Below the pieces are notes generated by a model, which saw only the letters and a list, made by a program, of their open reading frames with translations, had not been told where the DNA came from and ran no database searches. The position numbers were made by a program, and so were the translations under genes. A stretch of 64,000 nt of DNA from Parcubacteria group bacterium M6-OD1-4 (GTDB lineage: Bacteria; Patescibacteriota; Patescibacteriia; Patescibacteriales; UBA12465), in contig LSNS01000004.1 in NCBI GenBank assembly GCA_003056205.1, positions 124,630 to 188,629 on the forward strand, given 5' to 3'. This document shows positions 1 through 10,363 of this stretch, one piece after another. How positions within the stretch are numbered: position 1 is the stretch's first letter; each line of letters opens with the position of its first letter.

Positions 1-502
1 CATATTTATAAGTTTCTCGGGCTTCTAAATATTTTTTCTGCCCAACATATAATTCAGCGAGATTAAAAAAAGCTGATAAATTCTTTTGATCTAATTTAAT
101 AATTTCTAGTAATTTTTTTTCCGCTAAAGCGTCATCTTCCTTTTTCAAAGACTCTTGGGCAATAAGTTTTAAATTCTTAATCCGCTTTTGTTTTTCTGAC
201 CAGGGAATTTTAATATTAGCCTGACAATTAGCTTTTATTTTTTCTAAATTTGTCTGTTGATTTTGCAAAAACTCAGTGGAATAGCGTTTAATGAATAACA
301 AAAACCTTCCTAAAAATCCGCTCCAACGTTCAAGATCACGTTGCACCCGACTTTTAATAATTTGCTGTTTAAATTTAGTTTCTTTCTCTCCCAAAATATC
401 AGTAACATTAAGAATGGCTAAGGCTGGAAATTTTTTAATAATAATTATTAAAATTACCAAGGCCGCCAGAATAATTAAGATAAGAGAAATTATATTGAAC
501 AT
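1..502 (-). CDS. Partial CDS (C-terminus lies beyond the window start): single N-terminal TM anchor followed by a helical, TPR-like region
   Basis: Absent from the ORF track because there is no stop inside the window. The reverse-strand ATG at 502..500 opens an uninterrupted frame to position 2 (167 codons): MFNIISLILIILAALVILIIIIKKF...LAELYVGQKKYLEARETYKY. The start overlaps the last 13 nt of tpiA. The + strand ORF 291..512 is its low-complexity shadow. Confidence 0.5.
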   Translation of the reverse strand, partial: MFNIISLILIILAALVILIIIIKKFPALAILNVTDILGEKETKFKQQIIKSRVQRDLERWSGFLGRFLLFIKRYSTEFLQNQQTNLEKIKANCQANIKIPWSEKQKRIKNLKLIAQESLKKEDDALAEKKLLEIIKLDQKNLSAFFNLAELYVGQKKYLEARETYKY

Positions 503-1230
503 ATTGAACTAAACTCTTTAATCTGTAAGGCGGCCGCTCCAATTAATAAGCCGTCAATATTTTTTTGCGCTAAAAAGTCAGCCGCATTCTGATCATTAAC
601 ACTACCACCATATAAAACCGCAATCTTTTTCTTTAAAATCCTTTGCGCCTTTTTTTTGATAAAAGTTTGAATCCGATCCGCTTCACTAGCTAAGATAGGC
701 CGGGCAGCATGGTTTGTACTAATCGCCCAAATTGGTTCATAAGCAATAATTAAATCACGAGCTCTTTTAATTTTAATTCCTTTTAAAGCGCGATGTAATT
801 CGGAATTCAAATAGCTTTCCGCTTCACCGTTGTTTCTCTCTGTTAGCTTCTCCCCAATACAAAGAATCGGAATAATTCCTTGGCTTAAAGCAACCCGAAT
901 TTTAGCATTAATAATTGCTGAATTTTCATGGAGATGATTGCGTCGTTCACTATGCCCCAGAATAACATATTTTACTCCCAACTGACGAAGATTAACGGCA
1001 GAAATCTCACCGGTATAAGCTCCAAATTCAGCGACCGCCGAGTCCTGAGCCCCGAGAGCGATAAAAGTTTTTTTTAATAAGGGGCTGATTAAAACTAAAG
1101 ATAAATAATCTGGACAAATCACAATTTGCGCCGAAGAAAACTTTAATTGCTGAAGCATTTTTTTAGTTAAGGACAAACTATCTTTGATATTTAATTGCAT
1201 TTTCCAATTAGCAACAATCATTTTTTTCAT
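490..1230 (-). CDS. tpiA: Triosephosphate isomerase
   Basis: N-terminus VANWKMQ, then GHSERR and IAYEPIWAIST motifs; length 246 aa. Confidence 0.95.
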   Translation of the reverse strand: MKKMIVANWKMQLNIKDSLSLTKKMLQQLKFSSAQIVICPDYLSLVLISPLLKKTFIALGAQDSAVAEFGAYTGEISAVNLRQLGVKYVILGHSERRNHLHENSAIINAKIRVALSQGIIPILCIGEKLTERNNGEAESYLNSELHRALKGIKIKRARDLIIAYEPIWAISTNHAARPILASEADRIQTFIKKKAQRILKKKIAVLYGGSVNDQNAADFLAQKNIDGLLIGAAALQIKEFSSICSI

Positions 1231-1257
1231 AAAGCTTGGTAAAATTTAATTTAATTC

Positions 1258-2190
1258 TTATTCTTCTTGGAGATGGCTTTTGGTCCAATTAATAGTTCTT
1301 TTAATACCCTCTTCTAAGTCAACGCGGGGATACCAATTTAGAACATCACTGGCCCGCTGGTGATCGAGACAACTCCGACGCTGTTCACCTGCTCGAGCGG
1401 AAAGTTCTTTAACAATTATCGCTGATCCTAAAGCTTTTTCAATTTTCTGACGAATATCTAATAAATTAGTTTCCACTCCAGAAGAAATATTTAATTCTCC
1501 ATGACAAGTAATTTCCTGGGCAGACTGTAAGGCTTGGACAACGTCATCAACATAAACAAAATCACGAGTTTGTTGACCATCACCATATTGTTTGCTTTCT
1601 CGCCCCCGAACCGCATTATCAATAAAAATAGCAATCACTCCCGCTTCCCCACCTTTAAATTGTCGTGGACCGTAAACATTAGCAAAACGTAAAATAGTAT
1701 AATCTAAGTGATAAAGATGATAGTAAGAATTTAAATATTTCTCAAAAGTTAATTTATGAATACCATAAAAAGAAAGGGGATAGGTGGGATAAGATTCTTT
1801 GGTAGGAATTTCATCCGCTTCACCATAAATTGCTCCACCAGTAGAAGAAAAAATGATTTTTTTTATTTGTTGACGACGACAATTTTCTAAAATATTCCAA
1901 GCCCCAATAACATTAATTTGATTATCTTGCAGAGGATTGGCAACTGATTTACTAATTTCAATTTGGGCCGCAAGGTGATAAACAAAATCAAACTTTTCTA
2001 ATTGAAAAATTCGCTCCAATTCTGGAGAATTAATATCTAATTGATAAAATTTTGCCAGAGGATTCAGATAATCTTTTCGTCCCGCGGACAAATCATCAAC
2101 GACAACTACTTTATTTCCCGCTAAAATTAACTTATCAACTAGGGTGGAACCAATAAAGCCTGCACCACCAGTTACTAAAATATTAGACAT
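1258..2190 (-). CDS. NAD-dependent sugar-nucleotide epimerase/dehydratase (GalE-like SDR)
   Basis: N-terminal Rossmann motif VTGGAGFIGS and a YxxxK-type region (YGIHKL); 310 aa, typical of extended SDRs. Confidence 0.85.
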   Translation of the reverse strand: MSNILVTGGAGFIGSTLVDKLILAGNKVVVVDDLSAGRKDYLNPLAKFYQLDINSPELERIFQLEKFDFVYHLAAQIEISKSVANPLQDNQINVIGAWNILENCRRQQIKKIIFSSTGGAIYGEADEIPTKESYPTYPLSFYGIHKLTFEKYLNSYYHLYHLDYTILRFANVYGPRQFKGGEAGVIAIFIDNAVRGRESKQYGDGQQTRDFVYVDDVVQALQSAQEITCHGELNISSGVETNLLDIRQKIEKALGSAIIVKELSARAGEQRRSCLDHQRASDVLNWYPRVDLEEGIKRTINWTKSHLQEE

Positions 2191-2242
2191 ATATTCAATA
2201 CTAACATACTTTTTTTTAAAAAAAAAGTCGCCAATTAAACAT

Positions 2243-2271
2243 TTGCCAATTAGGATATTTTTTGCTAAAAT
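2243..2271 (+). promoter_or_regulatory. Candidate sigma70-type promoter upstream of gyrB (TTGCCA-17-TAAAAT)
   Basis: TTGCCA at 2243-2248, a 17-nt spacer, TAAAAT at 2266-2271. This would give a leader of about 160 nt. Sequence pattern only. Confidence 0.35.
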
Positions 2272-2401
2272 GATTATAGATAAGGAGTCAAAAAAATTTT
2301 AATAAATTTAAAAATAAAAATTAGTACACTCCCTTAAGTGAGGATTTTTTATTTGGAAACAAAAGGAAAAGCTTAAGAAAACTACACTTATTTCTAATTA
2401 A

Positions 2402-4477
<2,076 letters not shown>

Positions 4478-4481
4478 TATC

Positions 4482-4916
4482 ATGTATATCTACATCCTTT
4501 GTCCAATAATCGCTTTCGTTATTGCTCAAGGTCTAAAAACAATTTTACATTCTTTTAAGCATAAAATAAGCTGGCGAGATATTTTTGCTTATTCCGACAT
4601 GCCCTCTGGTCATACCGCTGTGGTAATTTCTTTAGTAGTTATTTTGGGTTTAAGATTAGGCTTAAGTTCACCAATTTTTGCCACCGCCGTGGTCTTTGCG
4701 CTCATTGTTATCGTGGATGCTATTGGTCTCAGAAATTATCTTGGTCAACATGGTAAAACTTTAAATATTTTAGTAAAAGATTTAAAAGAAGATGAGTTTT
4801 TAGATCGAAGCTACCCCGAATTATTAGAACATATCGGACATACTCCTCTGCAAGTCATCATCGGTTTCTTAATTGGTGCCTTAACTAGTCTTGTGGCATT
4901 TTATTTATTTTTCTAA
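4482..4916 (+). CDS. Divergent PAP2 / DUF212 (acid phosphatase/vanadium-haloperoxidase-related) membrane protein
   Basis: 144 aa and multi-TM. The MPSGHTAVV motif resembles the GGMPSSHSA signature of the DUF212 family. It lies 4 nt after gyrB. Confidence 0.65.
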   Translation: MYIYILCPIIAFVIAQGLKTILHSFKHKISWRDIFAYSDMPSGHTAVVISLVVILGLRLGLSSPIFATAVVFALIVIVDAIGLRNYLGQHGKTLNILVKDLKEDEFLDRSYPELLEHIGHTPLQVIIGFLIGALTSLVAFYLFF

Positions 4917-4941
4917 AAATTAAATTAATTTTTCTCAAAAT

Positions 4942-4971
4942 AAAATCAGGTTAGTAATTAACCTGTTTTTT
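4942..4971. terminator. Bidirectional rho-independent terminator between convergent genes
   Basis: Stem CAGGTTA (4947-4953) pairs with TAACCTG (4959-4965) around a 5-nt loop. An A-run lies upstream and T6 downstream. Confidence 0.6.
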
Positions 4972-5014
4972 GAACTAAAATTTAATTTTTAAAAATAATA
5001 GGGAGACAAAAAAG

Positions 5015-5938
5015 TTAAGTTGATTTCTTCTCTAACAAACTTTTACCAGTCATGTCTTCGCTGGGGTTTAGACCCAGAATATTTAAAATAGTTGGTGCTA
5101 AATCAGCAAGCGTTCCCGCCGGAGCTAAAGAACTTAAATCATTATTTAAAGGATCAACCAAGCCAATTGTCTTCCCTCTAAATTCGGAACCAACAATAAT
5201 AACTGGTACGGGATTGTTAATCTGATAATTATCTAATAAACCAGTTTCCGGATTATGAATTTGTTCAGCACCACCACCAGCAGCCGAAATAATTAAGACA
5301 CCATTTTTAGCGTTAAGAGCTTTGAGAATAAGATGAAATCCTTTGTCAATAATTTCAATTGCTTGTTGGAGCCCTAGAAAATCACTTTTTTGCGCTAATA
5401 AATCTAAGACGGGGAGAGCTAATACCAAAAGATCAAGATTCTTCTCGAGTTTAATCGCTTGAATAGCCTCTTGAATACTTTCTTGAAGAGTCACTAAAAC
5501 TTGCTTACCAGATGAACCATCTACAGAAGGAATAAGGCGTAATTCTTCTTGGGGATATTTTTGATCAGAAGCTCCATTAAAAAAATAAGTTAAAGCTGCC
5601 AAACGCTCAACAACGGTAATTTTGATTTGTTTTAACTTAGCCTGGGCTAAAATTGAACTTAAACTAAAACGAGTTTTTTGCTTTTCGTCGAGAATCTCTT
5701 GCCCCGTGCCAATACTCTGATAACGAGCATTCCAACTTAAGGCTGATGAACTGAGAAGAGCGACTGGATATTTATTAATTAAATCATCAAAAACTGGAGT
5801 CGGGGTATCAACAATGGCATTTTCTTGATTAGCTGAAGCAATCCCCCAACCATCAATTAATAATAAAACTACCGGCCTTGATAATAAGGGAGGTTCATCG
5901 CTATGAGAATTAGAATTTAAAGTATTTTGAGCAGACAT
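5015..5938 (-). CDS. Truncated, ligand-depleted homolog of cofactor-independent phosphoglycerate mutase (phosphatase domain only)
   Basis: Segments recalling iPGM: VVLLLIDGWGIA (LIILDGFG), ERLAALTYFFNGA...EELRLIPS ([9 protein letters not shown].GG...ERILI.SP), NNPVPVIIV, GTLADLAPTILNILGL..DMTGKSLL. It is 307 aa against about 510 aa, so the central transferase domain is missing. Confidence 0.6.
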   Translation of the reverse strand: MSAQNTLNSNSHSDEPPLLSRPVVLLLIDGWGIASANQENAIVDTPTPVFDDLINKYPVALLSSSALSWNARYQSIGTGQEILDEKQKTRFSLSSILAQAKLKQIKITVVERLAALTYFFNGASDQKYPQEELRLIPSVDGSSGKQVLVTLQESIQEAIQAIKLEKNLDLLVLALPVLDLLAQKSDFLGLQQAIEIIDKGFHLILKALNAKNGVLIISAAGGGAEQIHNPETGLLDNYQINNPVPVIIVGSEFRGKTIGLVDPLNNDLSSLAPAGTLADLAPTILNILGLNPSEDMTGKSLLEKKST

Positions 5939-5941
5939 AAA

Positions 5942-7192
5942 TTATTTAATAAGCTCCGCAATCTTCAATAAACGATTATACTTAGCTACTCGTTCACCAC
6001 GAGAAAGCGAACCAGCTTTGAGATAATTAGCACCCGTGGCAACGGCTAAGTCAACAATAAAATCATCATTACTTTCATCACTGCGTTGGGAAATAATAAT
6101 TTGATAATGATGTTGTTGAGCAAGTTGCAGACAAGCAATAGTTTCTGTGATTGTTCCAGTTTGATCAGGTTTAATTATTATTGCATTAGCAGCTTGTTCT
6201 TGAAGACCCTGGCTTAAACGACGACGGTTAGTAGTAAATAAATCATCGCCAACAATTAAGATTTTTTGACCAAGTTCCTTAGTAAGTTCACGCCAAGCTG
6301 CCCAATCGTTGATTGCTAAGGGGTCTTCTAAATAGATTAAGGGATACTTTTTTAACCATTCATGATATAAGCCAATTAAATTACTAGAACTAAAATAAGC
6401 GTGGTCTAAGGGAAAAACGTATTTTTTTTCTTTTTCTTCATAGAGAACTGAGGAACCAATATCAATCCCGAGATGTAAATCTTGACCCGGTTGGTAGCCA
6501 GCACGAATAGCGGCCGCCAGAATAAATTCTAAAGCTTCCAAACTAGAATCTAAGTTAGGAGCATAACCACCTTCAACGCCAGTATCAGTATCATAACCAG
6601 ATTCATGGAGAACTAAACCCAACTCTTTAAAAATCTCCGCTCCCATTCTCACCATCTCGGAAGCAGATTGCAATTTAGGTATTAATAAAAACTCTTGAAA
6701 ATCTAAATTAGTATCAGAATGTTTTCCACCATTAAACATATTAAAGAGAGGCTGGGGAATCCGTGGTGAAGCTAAGGAAAAAGTATCTTGTAAATAAACA
6801 AATAATTCCTGCTTTTTACTCTGAGCAGCTACCCGAGCGACAGCCAAGGAGACCGCCAGAATAGAATTTGCTCCTAAGTTACTTTTATTGGTGCTAGCAT
6901 CAAGGTCAATTAAAATTTGATCAATATTTTTTTGAGCAGTTACTTTCTGACCTTGGAGAGCAGGGGCGATAATTTCTTCAATTTTTTTAACTGCCTGCAA
7001 AACTCCTCGTCCACCATAGCGTTGTGAATCATGATCCAATAAATCCCAAGCCTCATAATCTTCAGTAGAAGAGGCACTCGGAACACTGGCTTGAGCTGTC
7101 AAACCATTATCCAAAGAAATTTGAACTTCAATTGTCGGCAAACCGCGAGAATTTAATATTTCTCGAGCTTGAATTGTTTTAATTTTTGCCAT
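5942..7192 (-). CDS. eno: Enolase (divergent)
   Basis: REILNSRGLPTIEV, NGGKH...FQEF, GVEGGYAPN, YLEDPL, IVGDDL, IIIKPDQTGTITET and KAGSLSRGERVAKYN. The SHRSGETED motif reads SQRSDESND. Confidence 0.9.
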   Translation of the reverse strand: MAKIKTIQAREILNSRGLPTIEVQISLDNGLTAQASVPSASSTEDYEAWDLLDHDSQRYGGRGVLQAVKKIEEIIAPALQGQKVTAQKNIDQILIDLDASTNKSNLGANSILAVSLAVARVAAQSKKQELFVYLQDTFSLASPRIPQPLFNMFNGGKHSDTNLDFQEFLLIPKLQSASEMVRMGAEIFKELGLVLHESGYDTDTGVEGGYAPNLDSSLEALEFILAAAIRAGYQPGQDLHLGIDIGSSVLYEEKEKKYVFPLDHAYFSSSNLIGLYHEWLKKYPLIYLEDPLAINDWAAWRELTKELGQKILIVGDDLFTTNRRRLSQGLQEQAANAIIIKPDQTGTITETIACLQLAQQHHYQIIISQRSDESNDDFIVDLAVATGANYLKAGSLSRGERVAKYNRLLKIAELIK

Positions 7193-7196
7193 ATTT

Positions 7197-8375
7197 TTAT
7201 TTACTAACTATTTTACTCAAACCAGGCATGAGACCACCACCCAGATAGGTCAACATTGCTCCCCCCGCTGTAGAAATCCAATCCACATAACGAGCCATCT
7301 TGGTTAATTTAAGAGCTTCAACTGTATCCCCACCGCCAACCAAACCATAGGCCCGCCCCGAAGAACGAGCAGCGATTAAAGTTGCCGTTGCCACGGTTCC
7401 CTGGCGAAAACTCTTTTCTTCAAATTTACCAAGTGGTCCATTCCAAACTAGCGTAGCCGCTGTTTTAATACGCGTGGCAAAATCAGCAATTGTCAGTGGA
7501 CCAATATCAAAGATAGTATCACTCGCATCCACTTCAGTAGTTTTAATAACTCGCGTCTGGTGTTTCTTGGTTTCAACCACCAGATCACGAGGTAAAATAA
7601 TTTTTGGCACAATCTTTCCTCGTCGAAAAAGTTTTTTTACTATTTTCTGATCTCGGTCAGCGACTAAAGAACGACCAATTTCTAAACCTTGGAATTTAAA
7701 GAAATTATTCGCCAAAGCACCACCAATTAAAATCCAACTCGCACGCGGATAGAGCTTTAAAATTAATGGCAATTTAGTTTCTAATTTAGCTCCGCCCATA
7801 ATAATCACCAGGGGTTTTTTGGGGAGAAGAATTCGATTTAACGCTTTAACTTCCTGTTCTAATAAGAGTCCTGCATAAGATGGTAAAAACTTTTTGATGG
7901 CGGAAATTGAGGCTTGAAACCGATGAGAAACAGCAAAAGCATCATTAACATAAAGATCAGCTAAAGAAGCTAAACGAGCCGCAAATTTTGGACTATTCTG
8001 ATATTCACCAGAGTAAAAACGAAGATTTTCCAAAAAAACAATTTCTCTCGGTTTCATTCGTTTAATTGCCTGACGAGTAGCAGAATTAATTCCTCCTGGT
8101 AAAAACTTTACTTTTTGTTTTAAAATTTGTGCTAAGCGTCGAGCCAGCGGTCGAGTGGAATAAATTAATTGGGATTTAGAACTCGGCCTGGCCAGATGAG
8201 TCGCAATAATTATTTTCGCTCGATGATCTTGTAAAAATTCAATACTGGCTAAAGCGACTCGAATCTTATAATCTTCTTTAATGCGACCAGAACTAAACGG
8301 AACATTAAAATCAACTCGCAAAAAGACAGTTTTATTTGCTAAATTTTTAACTTTTCTAATAGAATTAATTTTCAT
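7197..8375 (-). CDS. pgk: Phosphoglycerate kinase
   Basis: VFLRVDFNVP, HLARP, NDAFAVSHR, VWNGPLG.FE and GGGDT motifs; 392 aa. Confidence 0.95.
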   Translation of the reverse strand: MKINSIRKVKNLANKTVFLRVDFNVPFSSGRIKEDYKIRVALASIEFLQDHRAKIIIATHLARPSSKSQLIYSTRPLARRLAQILKQKVKFLPGGINSATRQAIKRMKPREIVFLENLRFYSGEYQNSPKFAARLASLADLYVNDAFAVSHRFQASISAIKKFLPSYAGLLLEQEVKALNRILLPKKPLVIIMGGAKLETKLPLILKLYPRASWILIGGALANNFFKFQGLEIGRSLVADRDQKIVKKLFRRGKIVPKIILPRDLVVETKKHQTRVIKTTEVDASDTIFDIGPLTIADFATRIKTAATLVWNGPLGKFEEKSFRQGTVATATLIAARSSGRAYGLVGGGDTVEALKLTKMARYVDWISTAGGAMLTYLGGGLMPGLSKIVSK

Positions 8376-8382
8376 AATTTTA

Positions 8383-9576
8383 TTATTTTAATTTTCCCAA
8401 CTTAATCTCTGCAGTTTTCTCCCGACCCTGACGATTATAAGTCAAAGTAATAGTCTCTCCAGCCTTATAATTACTCAATAAATCTGCCAAATCATGACGG
8501 GAATCAATTTTTTGATTATTAACCCAGGTAATGATATCTCCGGCTCGTAAACCAGCCACCGCCGCTGGACTATTTTTCAAAACAGCCGGTCCTTGCGTAC
8601 CAGAATGTAACCAAGCTCCTTGACTCAATTTAATTCCCAAAGCTTTAATCAAACTAAGATTTAAATAGTTAACCCCTAAGAAAGGTTTCGTGGCCGGAGT
8701 ATTTTGCACTAAGGACGACCAAATAGTTTGATAAGAAAACGCGGGAATAATTTTTTGTTGAGAATTAATAATTGCGACCAAATCTCCTGCTAAATTGAAA
8801 ACAAAAGAATTTTTGAATTTACTATTATCACCATTAGTTAAATTTAAATTAGCACTCAAAACATCACTATTAGAAACTAGCGATTTCCGGACCAGAGAAG
8901 TTAAGACGGAGGGTTGAATAGTGGCCATTCCTTGAAAAATTAATAAACTTTGTCCAAGACTTAAATCAGAACGAGCAACTATTTTTTTAGTAGGTAAATT
9001 AGCAGCACCCTGGAGATGTAAAAGCATCAAAGCCCCAGGTGATTTTTGAAGATAAATAAAACGATCAATCTGATATGAATGACGATTATTGCCAATGACG
9101 GTATAATTCTTAAATTTGAAATTCCCAGCCAGATTACTAGGCGCCAAAGCTAAAACCCAACCATCAGCGGTAATAATTAATCCGGTAAACAAAGGATGGT
9201 CTAAACGATAATAAGTTGCTGAGGATTGACTATTTATTTTCGAATGGGAATTATTATTCAAAACCGCTGAAGTTTGTTTTGTACTAGAGCTAGAAATAGT
9301 TTTGAAAATACCCACTAAGCTGGGTCGGATACTACTAATAGTTTCACTAACTTTAACATCTTGATTAACAATTACTTTCTGGGGATTACGAATAACTAAA
9401 CCTAAATTATTATTATTTAGATTAGCCAGATTAAGCTCACTGGCAGAATAAGAAAAACTTGGGAAAATATAGACTTGGGTTAAAATAGACCCGAGGACAC
9501 CAGCAAAAAGACCACCAATTACAATTAGAATAATAGTCGTCCAAAAATTTCGATCGGGTTTGGATAAATTAGACAT
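8383..9576 (-). CDS. Membrane-anchored HtrA/S1C-like protein with a C-terminal PDZ domain; catalytic triad not evident
   Basis: N-terminal TM segment (FWTTIILIVIGGLFAGVLGSIL). Central region resembles the S1C fold (GLIITADGWVLA..., FNLAGDLVAIIN). The PDZ domain is clear (AVLKNSPAAVAGLRAGDIITWVNNQKI...GETITLTYNRQGREKT). Confidence 0.6.
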   Translation of the reverse strand: MSNLSKPDRNFWTTIILIVIGGLFAGVLGSILTQVYIFPSFSYSASELNLANLNNNNLGLVIRNPQKVIVNQDVKVSETISSIRPSLVGIFKTISSSSTKQTSAVLNNNSHSKINSQSSATYYRLDHPLFTGLIITADGWVLALAPSNLAGNFKFKNYTVIGNNRHSYQIDRFIYLQKSPGALMLLHLQGAANLPTKKIVARSDLSLGQSLLIFQGMATIQPSVLTSLVRKSLVSNSDVLSANLNLTNGDNSKFKNSFVFNLAGDLVAIINSQQKIIPAFSYQTIWSSLVQNTPATKPFLGVNYLNLSLIKALGIKLSQGAWLHSGTQGPAVLKNSPAAVAGLRAGDIITWVNNQKIDSRHDLADLLSNYKAGETITLTYNRQGREKTAEIKLGKLK

Positions 9577-9580
9577 AAAG

Positions 9581-10354
9581 TTAAAGCCAACGAGCAGTTA
9601 AAAATAATAATAAAATAGCGATGATGGTTAAAACGAGAGGGAGTTTTAGGGTACGACGATTTAAACTATGACTGTTATCTAAGCGAAGAATCATTAAGCC
9701 TAAATAATAAATAATGGCTAAAAATAGGGCTAAAATATTAAAGTTAAGAGGGAGCAAAGAAAAAACCCAGGCAAACTCAGTTAAAATTAAAGCATTAATC
9801 AAACTTAAACCCCCAACTGGCCAATCTTTTTGAGATTTTAGGGGTCGAAACTGAACAAATAGCAACCAACTAATTATTGCTAAAATAGTCAGACTTAGAT
9901 AGAGAGGCCAAGTAATAAAAGCGGAAAGATGAAACAAGACGGCGGCGGTCGCAAAGGCAATTAGAAAACTTCCAGAAATTAAAAGATTATCTAATTTAGT
10001 TCCCCATTTTGTTTCTGCTTCGGTCCCTAAAAGATGAAGGGAATAATAATAGAAATCTCGTAAATACAGAAAAATAAAAATAGTAATTAATAGATAAATT
10101 AACTGAATCCAAAAATTACTAATAACAATGGCCGCATAAAAAGAAAAACTTAGTAAAAACAAAACTGGAAAAATAATAAATAATAACCAATATTTTTTAC
10201 TATGGTTATTAAGATAGCGGACACTTAAAACTACTAATAATATTTCTAAAATAAGGATGATATAAAAAAACTGTGGTGACCATAAAACAAACTCAGCTAA
10301 AAACCAAATAGCGAGGGCGGTAAATAAAGGAATAAAACGTTGATATTTTGTCAT
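9581..10354 (-). CDS. Polytopic integral membrane protein, function unknown
   Basis: 257 aa and almost entirely hydrophobic helices. Tightly packed in the operon (gaps of 4 nt and 9 nt). Confidence 0.55.
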   Translation of the reverse strand: MTKYQRFIPLFTALAIWFLAEFVLWSPQFFYIILILEILLVVLSVRYLNNHSKKYWLLFIIFPVLFLLSFSFYAAIVISNFWIQLIYLLITIFIFLYLRDFYYYSLHLLGTEAETKWGTKLDNLLISGSFLIAFATAAVLFHLSAFITWPLYLSLTILAIISWLLFVQFRPLKSQKDWPVGGLSLINALILTEFAWVFSLLPLNFNILALFLAIIYYLGLMILRLDNSHSLNRRTLKLPLVLTIIAILLLFLTARWL

Positions 10355-10363
10355 AAAATAATT

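Noticed and set aside
291-512. A + strand 73-aa ORF from the track (MNNKNLPKNPLQRSRSRCTRLL...)
   Set aside because: It is low-complexity and lies entirely antisense to a longer, better-looking minus-strand frame (1..502) that encodes a TM anchor plus a helical domain. It is most likely a shadow ORF.
490-512. Direct repeat GTTCAATAT x2 at the tpiA stop / downstream gene start overlap
   Set aside because: It is a 9-nt duplication within a 13-nt gene overlap. It is most simply a coincidence of coding sequence and shows no further structure.
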